In this document: positions 53,606 through 62,945 of the stretch, in pieces
How the letters are laid out: every line of letters begins with the position of its first letter
Position numbering within the stretch: the stretch's first letter is position 1
Source of the DNA: Candidatus Uhrbacteria bacterium
Lineage (GTDB): Bacteria; Patescibacteriota; Patescibacteriia; UBA9934
Direction: 5' to 3'
NCBI GenBank assembly: GCA_963822405.1
Contig: CAWGHH010000002.1
Location: forward strand, 23,569-87,568
DNA: 64,000 nt
The notes under the pieces: generated by a model
Databases searched by the model: none
The model's input: the letters and a program-made list of their open reading frames with translations, nothing else
Told to the model about the DNA's origin: nothing
Program-made: the position numbers and the translations under genes

Positions 53606-54553
53606 ATGCTGACCAAGGCGGACTTTGTTTTCCTGCTTAATGCGCTGGATGTCGCCGATGTTCTCGGGACTCCCCGGCGCCTGCCATTTCTTCTTGTGCC
53701 CCTCATGCTGGAGTGGTTCGTGGACGACCCTTTGGAGGCCATTGCGCGCCTGGCCGAGTCCGGCTGTGCACGGATGGTTTCTACGGAGGTGGTCGTCATC
53801 TACCCCGACCAGATCCTGAAGAACTCGAAGGATCTCCTGTCGGCTTCTGCGGGGCAGGTGTCTGGCAACATTGTAGAGCTCGCGTATCTTCGCTGGTCAC
53901 TGCGTAGCCATGAAGGAGTGACCAAGCTTGCCCAAGAAGAACTGATTCGGGCTTGGTATGTTGGCCGGTCTCCCCGGGCTCCGTCTACGCCGGAAACGGT
54001 TCAGAACCGTTCGCGGGTCGAGCTTCAGAGGCAGTTCCAGGAGCGCCAGAATCAAGATTCGCTTGGCCATTTGATGGATCAGGACGAATACTTACCCGCT
54101 TGTACGCCAATGCGTGGGGCGTGCGAGCTGATCGAGTTTCCGGGGTCAGTTTCTGGGGAGCCTGCTCAGTCGTCGCGGTACGTGTACCGTACGCCTCAGT
54201 GGCTGCACTACCAGATTCTCCGCGATCATCGGTACGTGGAGGAGGTGAACATTGAACTCTACGGCGAATGTCCTCTCTATGAGGGCACGTCTTACGCAAC
54301 GTTCAACCACCACCACGATCACAAGATCAATGAGCGTGCTCAGCGCCAAGCCTGGAAGGAGCGGGGCGAGTTCGTCTCAAGTGACGAAGGGCGGTACGGC
54401 CCAGGTTGCCGCTGGCGAGTGGCTGATCGGATGCTGGGCATAATCGAAAACATCGCCCCATCCATCACGCGCGCCCAGGCTGAGGACTTCATTGCTACAG
54501 GTCGCGGCTCCGCCACTCGGGTGCGTCGGCGCGCGCATTCGTTCATGAGATAG
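53606..54553 (+). CDS. hypothetical protein (orphan, 315 aa, His-rich motif NHHHDH)
   Basis: ATG 53606 with GGAGG RBS is preferred over the ORF-track start at 53531, which runs through the promoter. GC-rich; no recognisable domain. Confidence 0.5.
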   Translation: MLTKADFVFLLNALDVADVLGTPRRLPFLLVPLMLEWFVDDPLEAIARLAESGCARMVSTEVVVIYPDQILKNSKDLLSASAGQVSGNIVELAYLRWSLRSHEGVTKLAQEELIRAWYVGRSPRAPSTPETVQNRSRVELQRQFQERQNQDSLGHLMDQDEYLPACTPMRGACELIEFPGSVSGEPAQSSRYVYRTPQWLHYQILRDHRYVEEVNIELYGECPLYEGTSYATFNHHHDHKINERAQRQAWKERGEFVSSDEGRYGPGCRWRVADRMLGIIENIAPSITRAQAEDFIATGRGSATRVRRRAHSFMR

Positions 54554-54673
54554 TTTCTCGCTGATCCCTGGGTCGTGTCGTCCATTGGACACATGACTCG
54601 GGGATTTTCGTTTTGCCACAAACAAAAAACCACGTTTTTCAACGCGGTCGCCCTCAGCGGAGGGGCTTAGTTG

Positions 54674-55018
54674 CTAGCAGAAGTACGTGATGTTAATTTC
54701 CCCCATCGTGTTCGTGGCTTCGAAATTGCCGTTTTGGAGAAGATACTCGTGGAAGGCCGAGATGACGCCAGTAACTGGATCGGGTGTGAGCTCTACGAGC
54801 GCAAAGTCAAGGATGCAGTCGTCCTGATTTGCGCATGCCTCACACTCTGCCTGATGTTTTTCGTATAACTCTTTTCTGTGCCGGACGAATTCCGCGTTAA
54901 GAGATTCGACGCTTATACAGAATACTCGCCTAGTTTTCGGGTTATAGGCTGCGTGCCCCCTGAGGAATGCAATGATTAGATCGCGGACCTTGACCCGTAC
55001 GTGCTGAGCATGAGACAT
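54674..55018 (-). CDS. hypothetical small Cys-containing protein (114 aa)
   Basis: ORF convergent with the upstream orphan gene; a GC hairpin (CCCTC-AGCG-GAGGG at 54651-54664) lies between the two; Cys pattern C..CEAC..C. Confidence 0.4.
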   Translation of the reverse strand: MSHAQHVRVKVRDLIIAFLRGHAAYNPKTRRVFCISVESLNAEFVRHRKELYEKHQAECEACANQDDCILDFALVELTPDPVTGVISAFHEYLLQNGNFEATNTMGEINITYFC

Positions 55019-55096
55019 GGAACCTCCCGATAGCCAGCTTAAGACAAAATCTCTTCTAGGACAATATAGCTAATTATTGGTGGTAATATAGGGGAT

Positions 55097-57613
55097 ATGC
55101 TGGATGTACGTCCTTGGCATCATTTGAGTACCGCGGAGGTGATGACTTCGCTTGGTTCGGGGCGTGAGGGGTTAACAGAGGTTGAGGCGAAGAAGCGGTT
55201 GGCTGGGTTGCCTAAGTTGGCCAGACCGCGGGCTACTCGCTCGACTAAAATTTTGTTACGCCAATTTACTAGTCCGTTCATGTTGATTTTGGCGGTGGCC
55301 GTTGGCTTAAGTGCGGTGACGAGCGAGTGGCAAGATGTGTCTTTGATAGTCGCGATCGTTCTATTTAATGTTGGCCTTGGGTTCTTTCAAGAGTACAAAG
55401 CTGACCGAGCACTGTTTGCGCTCGCCCAGCTATTACCACGAACTGCGAGTGTACGTAGGGACGGAGTGATGAAAACTATTTCTGCGGACGAGGTTGTTCC
55501 AGGGGACGTGATGTACTTAACTTCCGGGGATCGAATAGTAGCTGACGCCCGAGTCATTTCTTCGACTAATTGTTTGACTAACGAATCTGCTTTGACGGGG
55601 GAGTCAGAACCAGTTGAAAAATTAAGTCATCACGTAGCGCTAGACGTTTCAACGCCCGAACAGCATTCTATGGTTTTTGCGGGAACAATAGTTGTCGGTG
55701 GAAAAGCGCAGGTGATGGTGGTGGGGGTAGGCGAGCAAACGGCGCTTGGCAAGATTTCGATTTTGGTTTCAGACGTTAGCGAAACAGAAACGCCTTTGAC
55801 TATAGAGCTAAAACGTTTCTCACGAAGAGTAGCTGTCTTAATTGCGCTGGTTGCTGTTGGCGTATTTTTTCTTGGCGTAGTGCGTGCCGAGCCGACCATT
55901 TCGATGCTCACTTTGTCAGCTGCCCTTGCTGTGGCTGCTGTGCCCGAGGGACTGACGGTGGCTTTGACGGTAATTTTTGTCGCTGCCATGAGGCGGATGG
56001 CTAGGCGTGGTGCCTTGACGCGGCGAATGGTGGCGGCTGAGACGCTCGGCGCGGTAACGGTTATGTGCATGGACAAGACGGGAACGCTGACCACGGGGGA
56101 GATGAAAGTAGAAATGTTCGACGGCGATAGTGAAGCAACATCGATCTTTGCGGCTCTCCTTGCGGTAAACGATGGCCATGCAACGCCTCTAGAAAAGGCG
56201 GGGAGAGAATTCCTCGACACTCGAGCACCATCAGTCCCGACACCTGTAGTGACGCATGAGTTGCCATTTGATTCTCGTCATAAATTTTCAGCCGTTGTCG
56301 CGCAGATGAATGGTGATGAAACACTATGCGTCATGGGTGCGCCCGATATTCTTTTCCAATTACTTGGCATATATCCAGACGCACTTGAGAAACTGAAAGC
56401 AACTCACCGTGAGTTAATGAGCCAGGGACTCAGAGTTTTGTTAATCGCTAAGTGCGATTGGACAGATGAAAAACTTACGGCGAAGTCTGTAAATAATCTC
56501 GTGCCAGTAAGTTTTGTTGGTTTGCGAGATCCTTTGCGAGTAGAAGCAAAGCACGTAGTCATGAATGCCTTACTCGCCGGCGTGCGTTCTGTGATGGTGA
56601 CGGGTGATCATGAAGACACAGCGCGCGGAATTGCTGTGTCGCTTGGTTTATCCGTGCACGCCGGGGCGGTAATTTCGCACAATGAACTGGTTACACTCGA
56701 CGACCAGCAACTAGCAAAACGAATTAATGCAGTTCGAGTTTTTGCGCGAGTATTACCGGAAGACAAAGTGCGAATTGTGCAGGCTTTTCAGCGAGCGGGA
56801 CACATTGTAGCCATGACTGGGGATGGGGTGAATGACGCGCCGGCACTTAAGGCCGCAGATATTGGCGTGGCCATGGGTAGCGGAACAGACGTTGCAAAAG
56901 AAGCGGCGGATATGGTCTTGCTCGACGATAATATTGCTACTTTGCTTGCCGCTATTCGGGAGGGCCGCGTACTTTATGACAATGTGCGCAAAGTCGTCGC
57001 TTACCTGATGACGTTTAGTTTGAGCGAGGTGGCGGTGATTGTATTCGCTTTGGTGGCAAATATTCCGGTCCCGTTTCTGCCGATCCATCTTTTGTTTATA
57101 AACATCGTGACTGACGGTTTTCCAGCCATGGCTTTAGCTTTTGAGTCTGGCGAGCCAGGAATCATGCGAGCTGGGGCGCGCCGGAAAGATGAAGCAGTTA
57201 TTAATTCGAACTTGTTGTGGCTCATGACGGCGATTGGTGCGGTTTCTGTCTTGTCCCTCGCGATTCTGCAAGGATTTTTGTTTAAGGCTGGAGTATCAAT
57301 TGAGGCCACTCGAACTGTTCTCTTTTTGTCCTTGTGTTTAGACGGCGTGATGGCTGTGTTTGTGATCCGTCATCTACGTGGTCATGCCTTTATGCGGGGG
57401 AGCGAGCGGAACAGAGCGTTTGTTCCGGCTGTGCTTGCGAGCATTGTTTCGATTATTCTAGTTTTGGGTGTTCCAAACCTTCGTGAGGCCTTTGGATTCT
57501 CAATTTTACCGGGTATTGGATTCGCTACACTGTGCCTTCTTCTTCTCATTAAGTTTGGTCTCTTCGAAGGTCTTAAACACCTAGTCATTCCTGAATCAAG
57601 AGGCATCATGTAG
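55097..57613 (+). CDS. cation-transporting P-type ATPase (P2/P3-type, Ca2+/Mg2+-like)
   Basis: CMDKTGTLT phosphorylation motif, TGES actuator motif (LTGESEPV), MTGDGVNDAPALK hinge motif; 838 aa; 10 TM segments. Confidence 0.9.
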   Translation: MLDVRPWHHLSTAEVMTSLGSGREGLTEVEAKKRLAGLPKLARPRATRSTKILLRQFTSPFMLILAVAVGLSAVTSEWQDVSLIVAIVLFNVGLGFFQEYKADRALFALAQLLPRTASVRRDGVMKTISADEVVPGDVMYLTSGDRIVADARVISSTNCLTNESALTGESEPVEKLSHHVALDVSTPEQHSMVFAGTIVVGGKAQVMVVGVGEQTALGKISILVSDVSETETPLTIELKRFSRRVAVLIALVAVGVFFLGVVRAEPTISMLTLSAALAVAAVPEGLTVALTVIFVAAMRRMARRGALTRRMVAAETLGAVTVMCMDKTGTLTTGEMKVEMFDGDSEATSIFAALLAVNDGHATPLEKAGREFLDTRAPSVPTPVVTHELPFDSRHKFSAVVAQMNGDETLCVMGAPDILFQLLGIYPDALEKLKATHRELMSQGLRVLLIAKCDWTDEKLTAKSVNNLVPVSFVGLRDPLRVEAKHVVMNALLAGVRSVMVTGDHEDTARGIAVSLGLSVHAGAVISHNELVTLDDQQLAKRINAVRVFARVLPEDKVRIVQAFQRAGHIVAMTGDGVNDAPALKAADIGVAMGSGTDVAKEAADMVLLDDNIATLLAAIREGRVLYDNVRKVVAYLMTFSLSEVAVIVFALVANIPVPFLPIHLLFINIVTDGFPAMALAFESGEPGIMRAGARRKDEAVINSNLLWLMTAIGAVSVLSLAILQGFLFKAGVSIEATRTVLFLSLCLDGVMAVFVIRHLRGHAFMRGSERNRAFVPAVLASIVSIILVLGVPNLREAFGFSILPGIGFATLCLLLLIKFGLFEGLKHLVIPESRGIM

Positions 57614-57625
57614 AATGTCCGCATT

Positions 57626-59083
57626 ATGGACCTCAGCAAAATCGCCAGTTTTAAGGATGCCATTGTTACCGTCATGGGACTTGGTCGGTATAAGCAGGGA
57701 AGCGGACTCGGCACTGCCAAGTGGCTCATGCGTCACGAGGCGCAAACGGTCATCACTGATTTGAAAGACGAGAAAGAACTGAAGGAATCAGTTGACCTTG
57801 TCATGGAATGGTTTAATAAATACAAGGAAATGTATCCAGACAGAACTATTTATCAGCCATTATTTATTTTGGGCGAGCATAGAAAGGAGGATTTTACCGG
57901 TGTTGATTGTGTCGTGCAGAACCCCGGCGTGCCAAGCGAGAGCGAGTTTGTACAGCAAGCAAAGGCTGAGAATATTCACATTGAGTCAGATGTCAGTTTG
58001 TTCTTCCGTTATTACCCGCATGAGATCATCGCTGTTACTGGAACAAAGGGTAAGACGACGACTACTCTCATGCTTGGCGAAATGGTGAAGACGCTTGACC
58101 CGGCCACGATCATTGCCGGTAACGTGAAGGTTTCGCCACTCGAATTCCTTGATGACCTACTTGTGAAAGACATGAAGACGCCGGTAGTGCTCGAACTCTC
58201 CTCGTGGCTCCTTGAAAGTTTGCCTGGCGCGTTTGCCGAGATGAAGAAGGGTCCAGAGATTGCGGTGTTAACAAACGTCTTCCCAGATCACTTGAACCGT
58301 TATGCTTCTTTCGAGGACTACCAGAAGTCCAAGGAAATCATTTTCGAGTACCAAACTCCAGAACAGTACACGGTCTTGAACCGTGACCACGACCTCGTCA
58401 AAGCCATGGCTTCACAAGTTAAGGGCAAGCTTTATTGGTTCTCGAAGACCGATGATGGTACTTCTAATGGCTGTTTCTTAAAGGGCGAGGCCGTTGTTTT
58501 CCGAAAAGATGGCGTCGAAACGATCATCTGTTCTTACAAGGATGTCGCACTTCAGGGCGAGCATAACCTTGAAAATGTTTTGTCGGCTGCGTGTGCCGCC
58601 ATGCTTCGAGGAGTCAGCGTCGAAGGTGTCGCGAAAGTGCTTAAGGAGTTCAAAGGCGTGCCTGACCGCCAAGAGTTGGTTCGAGAGGTAGACGAAATCA
58701 TGTACATCAATGACACAGCTGCGACTGCGCCAACTGCTGTCGTCGCCGCACTTAAGGTTTACGGCAAAGACAAGAAAGCTATTCTCATTGCCGGCGGTGT
58801 CGACAAAAAATTGCCATACGAAGAAATGATCGCGGAAGCCGTTAAGGGCTGCAAGGCCGTCATTCTGTTCCCCGGCGACGCATCCGACATTATCGAAAAA
58901 GGTTTACTTGGCAAGGTCGCCATCGAACACGCCGCTAACATGAAAGAAGCGGTCCAGAAATCTCGTAAACTTGCGGAAACCGGCGATATTGTCTTACTTT
59001 CTCCTGGAGCTGCCAGCTTCAACATCTTTAAAAATGAATTTGACCGCGGTGAGCAGTTCAGAGAAGAAGTGAGAAATTTGTAG
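57626..59083 (+). CDS. murD: UDP-N-acetylmuramoylalanine--D-glutamate ligase
   Basis: N-terminal Rossmann-like VTVMGLGRYKQGSGLGTAKWL, GVDCVVQNPGVP, P-loop IIAVTGTKGKTTTT; 485 aa. Confidence 0.85.
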   Translation: MDLSKIASFKDAIVTVMGLGRYKQGSGLGTAKWLMRHEAQTVITDLKDEKELKESVDLVMEWFNKYKEMYPDRTIYQPLFILGEHRKEDFTGVDCVVQNPGVPSESEFVQQAKAENIHIESDVSLFFRYYPHEIIAVTGTKGKTTTTLMLGEMVKTLDPATIIAGNVKVSPLEFLDDLLVKDMKTPVVLELSSWLLESLPGAFAEMKKGPEIAVLTNVFPDHLNRYASFEDYQKSKEIIFEYQTPEQYTVLNRDHDLVKAMASQVKGKLYWFSKTDDGTSNGCFLKGEAVVFRKDGVETIICSYKDVALQGEHNLENVLSAACAAMLRGVSVEGVAKVLKEFKGVPDRQELVREVDEIMYINDTAATAPTAVVAALKVYGKDKKAILIAGGVDKKLPYEEMIAEAVKGCKAVILFPGDASDIIEKGLLGKVAIEHAANMKEAVQKSRKLAETGDIVLLSPGAASFNIFKNEFDRGEQFREEVRNL

Positions 59084-59084
59084 G

Positions 59085-59327
59085 TTGGACGAGGTTTTGG
59101 TGGGCGTGGTAATGTGTAAATATATGACGTCAAAAGCCATGCAGGCAGTGATTGAGAATATTTCCGAGCGGCTCGGGATTCTTGAGCGTAAAATTGGTAC
59201 GCCGCAAAAAAAGTTAAGTCCTGAAGATCGTCAAAGAATTCATGACGAGACTTTTGGTTCGATCGATAAAAAGCGAGCGAAAGCGATGATAACTTTTCTG
59301 AATAAATCGCGGAATTCTGGGAGATAA
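59085..59327 (+). CDS. putative antitoxin partner of the downstream PIN protein (small hypothetical)
   Basis: 80-aa ORF (TTG at 59085; alternative ATGs at 59112 and 59124) ending 2 nt before the PIN gene; no known antitoxin fold recognised. Confidence 0.4.
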   Translation: MDEVLVGVVMCKYMTSKAMQAVIENISERLGILERKIGTPQKKLSPEDRQRIHDETFGSIDKKRAKAMITFLNKSRNSGR

Positions 59328-59329
59328 GT

Positions 59330-59695
59330 ATGGCACTTGCCGTATTGGATTCGAATGCTCTAATTTACCATGTGGGTGGATTGCAGACGATTCCCGATTT
59401 GCTCACGAGCACCTATGCAGTTTCCTCGGTTATTGTTTTTGAGTTATTGCGCTTTCCTGGGATGTCAAAACAGGAAGAGTCATCTTTAATCAAGGCTATT
59501 GATTATTGTGAGATTGTAGGTGTTACTGAGGCGATTGCTTTTCGAGCGGCTTTTTTGAGTCGGATACGTCCACGTGGTAAAGCTATGGATATATTTATCG
59601 CGGCAACTGCCCTGGAATTAGACATTCCTTTGATTACGGGTAACATTAAAGACTTTAAGAATATTCCCGGTCTTCAGGTTAAGAGTGAATTTTGA
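59330..59695 (+). CDS. vapC: PIN-domain ribonuclease toxin (VapC-like)
   Basis: VLDSNALIY (Asp1), FELL (Glu), DIFIAATALELDIPLITGNIKDF (Asp3/Asp4 region); 121 aa. Confidence 0.8.
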   Translation: MALAVLDSNALIYHVGGLQTIPDLLTSTYAVSSVIVFELLRFPGMSKQEESSLIKAIDYCEIVGVTEAIAFRAAFLSRIRPRGKAMDIFIAATALELDIPLITGNIKDFKNIPGLQVKSEF

Positions 59696-60993
59696 TTATG
59701 TTGCACCAGCTTAAAAAACTTGTTCCTCGTCCGGTACTTCAGATCTATCACTTCGCCCTCGCAAAAACGGCTGAGGCTGTTTATCGGCATCCGTCGGAGA
59801 AGCTCGTCGTCATCGGCGTCACGGGGACAAACGGCAAGTCATCAACGGTTAATTTCATCGCACAGATTTTGAATAACCTCGGCGAAACTGTTGGTTATAC
59901 GTCGACTGCCGGTTTTTCGATCGCGGGGAAGGAAGTCGAGAATAAGATGAAGATGACCATGCCGGGGAGATTCTATTTGCAGAAGATCATGAGCGAGATG
60001 GTGAAGGAGAAATGCGCGTACGCTGTTATTGAAACGTCTAGTCAAGGACTCGACCAGTTCCGCCACCTCGGTATCAATTATGACGTCGCTGTTTTTACAA
60101 ACCTCACACCGGAACATATTGAAGCGCACGGAGGATTCGAAAATTACAAGAAGGCAAAAGGGAAGTTGTTCGAGCATCTGACAAATCGTCGAAAGAAACA
60201 CTTTGAAGGACATGAAGTGCCGAAGACAATTATCGTGAATGGTGACGACGAACACTCGGCGTACTTTGCATCTTTTCCGGCCGATAAACATGTGTCATTT
60301 AGTTTTACGGAAAAGGTGATTCGGGCGGGTGACGTGATTCACCCTGTCGACAAGCTACCATTACGCGCCGAGTTCGAGCAGAAGAATGCGCTGGCTGCTA
60401 TTGCCACGGTTGAGGCTCTAGGTTTCCCATTGAAGCGTGTGCTCGACGCAGCTGAGTTGCTCCGACCACTCGCTGGCCGTTTCGAAAAGATCGAGCAAGG
60501 TCAGCCTTTTGCGGTTATTGTCGACTACGCGTATGAACCTTATGCGCTCCAGGCACTATATGATGCTGTGAGTGGGCCGACATCGAAGTCGGCCCTTACC
60601 TCGAGGATCATCGGTGTACACGGTTCGGCGGGGGGAGGGCGTGATATTGCGCGTCGTCCTATCATCGGCAAACTCGCCGGTGAACACGAGGCTGTAGTGA
60701 TTGTGACGAATGAGGATCCGTACGATGAGGATCCGCGAGAGATCATTGAGGCCGTTGCGTCGGGCGCTCGCGAAGCGGGGAAGATTGAGGGAAAAGATTT
60801 GTTCTTGGTCGACGACCGCAGAGAAGCCATTGAGAAAGCGTTCGAGCTCGCCAAACCGGGTGATACTGTTTTATTAACAGGCAAAGGTTCGGAACCGGTG
60901 ATGGCTGTGGCTGGCGGAAAGAAAATTGCCTGGGATGATAGAATTGCTGCGCGAGAAATCTTAGCTCAGATGGGGTATCATAAAGCCGTATGA
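59692..60993 (+). CDS. murE: Mur ligase, MurE-like (UDP-MurNAc-L-Ala-D-Glu:diamino acid ligase)
   Basis: P-loop VIGVTGTNGKSST and the IETSSQGL motif (MurE-type E.SSHGL); 433 aa with a short N-terminal domain; 4-nt overlap with the PIN gene. Confidence 0.72.
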   Translation: MIMLHQLKKLVPRPVLQIYHFALAKTAEAVYRHPSEKLVVIGVTGTNGKSSTVNFIAQILNNLGETVGYTSTAGFSIAGKEVENKMKMTMPGRFYLQKIMSEMVKEKCAYAVIETSSQGLDQFRHLGINYDVAVFTNLTPEHIEAHGGFENYKKAKGKLFEHLTNRRKKHFEGHEVPKTIIVNGDDEHSAYFASFPADKHVSFSFTEKVIRAGDVIHPVDKLPLRAEFEQKNALAAIATVEALGFPLKRVLDAAELLRPLAGRFEKIEQGQPFAVIVDYAYEPYALQALYDAVSGPTSKSALTSRIIGVHGSAGGGRDIARRPIIGKLAGEHEAVVIVTNEDPYDEDPREIIEAVASGAREAGKIEGKDLFLVDDRREAIEKAFELAKPGDTVLLTGKGSEPVMAVAGGKKIAWDDRIAAREILAQMGYHKAV

Positions 60994-61406
60994 CGAAGGG
61001 CGAGGGCGGTGGCAAAAAAAGTATTTTTCTACTAGCGACCATGGTTGTGGCTGGTGTTTTCGTTTTTGGCTTTGGCCGAGAGTACTTGCGCGAGCGAGAA
61101 ATTGCGATGCAAATTTCTTCATTGCAGGCTGAAAATGATCGGCTCGACGGGAAGAAGCTGGAGTTTTTGGATTTGATCGACAAGCTATCTAGCCAGTACT
61201 ATTTAGAAGGACAGGCTCGAACAAAAGAGGGGCTAGCGAAGCCGGGTGAGACACTTTTGGTTGTCGATGCCGGTCAGTCTGCAACTACGGTCACGTCTGG
61301 CAAGGTTCTTGGCGCAACAGACATGGCAGAGGACATTAGTAATCCAACCCGTTGGTTTTACTATTTTTTTGACCGCACCAAGTTTGATTCCATGAGTAAG
61401 CTATGA
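60990..61406 (+). CDS. septum formation initiator-like protein (FtsB/DivIC family)
   Basis: Single N-terminal TM segment (IFLLATMVVAGVFVFGFG), then a coiled coil (LQAENDRLDGKKLEFLDLIDKL); 138 aa; located in the cell-wall/division cluster. Confidence 0.5.
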   Translation: MTKGEGGGKKSIFLLATMVVAGVFVFGFGREYLREREIAMQISSLQAENDRLDGKKLEFLDLIDKLSSQYYLEGQARTKEGLAKPGETLLVVDAGQSATTVTSGKVLGATDMAEDISNPTRWFYYFFDRTKFDSMSKL

Positions 61407-62146
61407 GGACGCTGGTTAGTCTGCTTTTAGCCGCGTATCTCGGGCTGCACTTTATTGTTTTTGTGTTTCACCCGTTGTCGGGTGTTTTTCTTTCTTTGTC
61501 GCATGTTGTGCTTCCGGCGGCTATCGTCGACGGCCGTCCGGTTTGGTATCCGCGCGTTGCGACCTTCGCCAAAATTGCTCGCGCCGAAGAACCGACTATG
61601 AAGAAGCGTGATGTTGTCGAGCTCGGACTTCAGGAGGCGGTGTATGAAGCTCGTGTACGAAACATATTGCGACAAACTCATGCTCCGTTTGACCAAAAGA
61701 ACCGAGAAGATCCAGTTGCCGGTGTCGTCGAACTCTCCCGCGCTGCAAACGCCGCCGTTTTCGCTTCGGTCGATCTTCAATCGGATGTGAAGCTACGACT
61801 CGACGGTTTACGTTCGCGTATCGTTAACGACGGTCTGCCATTTGGTGACGCCGCGATGCGCTACTCGGAACATCCTTCAGCGAAATTCAACGGAGATCTT
61901 GGTCTGTTGGATAGCCAAACTGTCCCGGGGTGGATGAAAAAAGTTTTCGAATTATCTGTCCTCGAGGTCTCTCAACCGATAAATGGTCTGGATTCATATT
62001 GGCTATTTCTCATTCGTTCAGAAGCCGGCAAAGACGCTGAACATATGGGAGGAAGAGTAAGTGGTATCGCCTTCCGCAAAAAAGAGCTTCCTGCCATCAT
62101 CGCCAAATCTGCCAAGAACGATAGGCCGTGGGTGTTTGTGTGGTAA
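61403..62146 (+). CDS. membrane-anchored parvulin-type (PpiC) peptidyl-prolyl isomerase
   Basis: C-terminal FGDAAMRYSEHPSAKFNGDLGLLDSQTVPGWMKKVFELSVLEVSQPINGLDSYWLFLI resembles the PpiC rotamase domain; N-terminal TM segment. Confidence 0.55.
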   Translation: MRTLVSLLLAAYLGLHFIVFVFHPLSGVFLSLSHVVLPAAIVDGRPVWYPRVATFAKIARAEEPTMKKRDVVELGLQEAVYEARVRNILRQTHAPFDQKNREDPVAGVVELSRAANAAVFASVDLQSDVKLRLDGLRSRIVNDGLPFGDAAMRYSEHPSAKFNGDLGLLDSQTVPGWMKKVFELSVLEVSQPINGLDSYWLFLIRSEAGKDAEHMGGRVSGIAFRKKELPAIIAKSAKNDRPWVFVW

Positions 62147-62183
62147 AAAGAAAAACCATCCGGTTAGGGATGATTTTTCCTGG

Positions 62184-62256
62184 AGCCGATTCCGGGAATC
62201 GAACCCGGGACCTCTACTTTACGAAAGTATTGCTCTACCAGCTGAGCTAAATCGGC
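62184..62256 (-). tRNA. tRNA-Thr (anticodon CGU)
   Basis: Hand-folded from the reverse complement: acceptor GCCGATT/AATCGGC, D-arm GCTC-AGCTGGTA-GAGC, anticodon loop TTCGTAA, T-arm CCGGG-TTCGATT-CCCGG. CCA encoded (62181-62183 on the plus strand). Confidence 0.9.
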
Positions 62257-62262
62257 CTATGG

Positions 62263-62334
62263 AGCAGGAGACGGGATTCGAACCCGCGACCCTTTGCTTG
62301 GGAAGCAAATATTCTACCACTGAACTACTCCTGC
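62263..62334 (-). tRNA. tRNA-Gly (anticodon CCC)
   Basis: Acceptor GCAGGAG/CTCCTGC, anticodon stem TTTGC/GCAAA, loop TTCCCAA, T-arm GCGGG-TTCGAAT-CCCGT. CCA encoded (62260-62262). Confidence 0.9.
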
Positions 62335-62450
62335 ACTGTCGTCGATCGGGTGAAAAGATAACATGATCACCTGATCTTTCGCAAGTTTCGCTACACAGCT
62401 AAAGGATGCTAATCTATACATGGAGATTTCTATTAGTACGTTGTCCTCAT

Positions 62451-62930
62451 ATGGTTATGAACTGCCTTGTTTGCTCAGAAATCGAAAAAATCAAAGCCGA
62501 CATCTGCCCAGACCTTATCGCTGAACTCGAAACAGGTTATGCCGTACTTGGTTGGCACCAATTTTACAAGGGCTATACTATTTTCTTTTGTAAGGAGCAC
62601 AAAACAGAGTTGCATGAACTCGACCATGATTTTAAGATTAAGTTTTTAGAAGAAATGAGTCAGGCAGCTGAAGCAGTTTTCAAGGCATTTGGTCCGCAGA
62701 AGATGAATTACGAACTTCTCGGCAACAGCGAATCACACATGCACTGGCACTTGTTTCCAAGACACGCGGACGACCCACGACCGCTCAACCCGGTGTGGGT
62801 GATCGACGAATCCGTGCGTCGGGCTGACTCGGTCAAACCATCTCCGGAACAACTCGCCGAATATAAGCAAAGAATTTTTGCGGAACTAGAGAAAATTGCT
62901 TCAATCGAAAAAGGCCCATCAAGATGTTGA
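62451..62930 (+). CDS. HIT-like hydrolase with N-terminal CxxC
   Basis: NCLVCSEI CxxC and HMHWHLFPRH histidine-triad-like motif. ATG 62451 is preferred; the ORF-track ATG at 62406 is also possible. Confidence 0.55.
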   Translation: MVMNCLVCSEIEKIKADICPDLIAELETGYAVLGWHQFYKGYTIFFCKEHKTELHELDHDFKIKFLEEMSQAAEAVFKAFGPQKMNYELLGNSESHMHWHLFPRHADDPRPLNPVWVIDESVRRADSVKPSPEQLAEYKQRIFAELEKIASIEKGPSRC

Positions 62931-62945
62931 AGGTGGTGTTTCTTT

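Noticed and set aside
51990-55020. Prophage or integrative element at tRNA-Lys
   Set aside because: No integrase, recombinase, capsid or terminase genes. No direct repeat of the tRNA 3' end was found by eye. It is kept only as a compositionally atypical islet (see findings).
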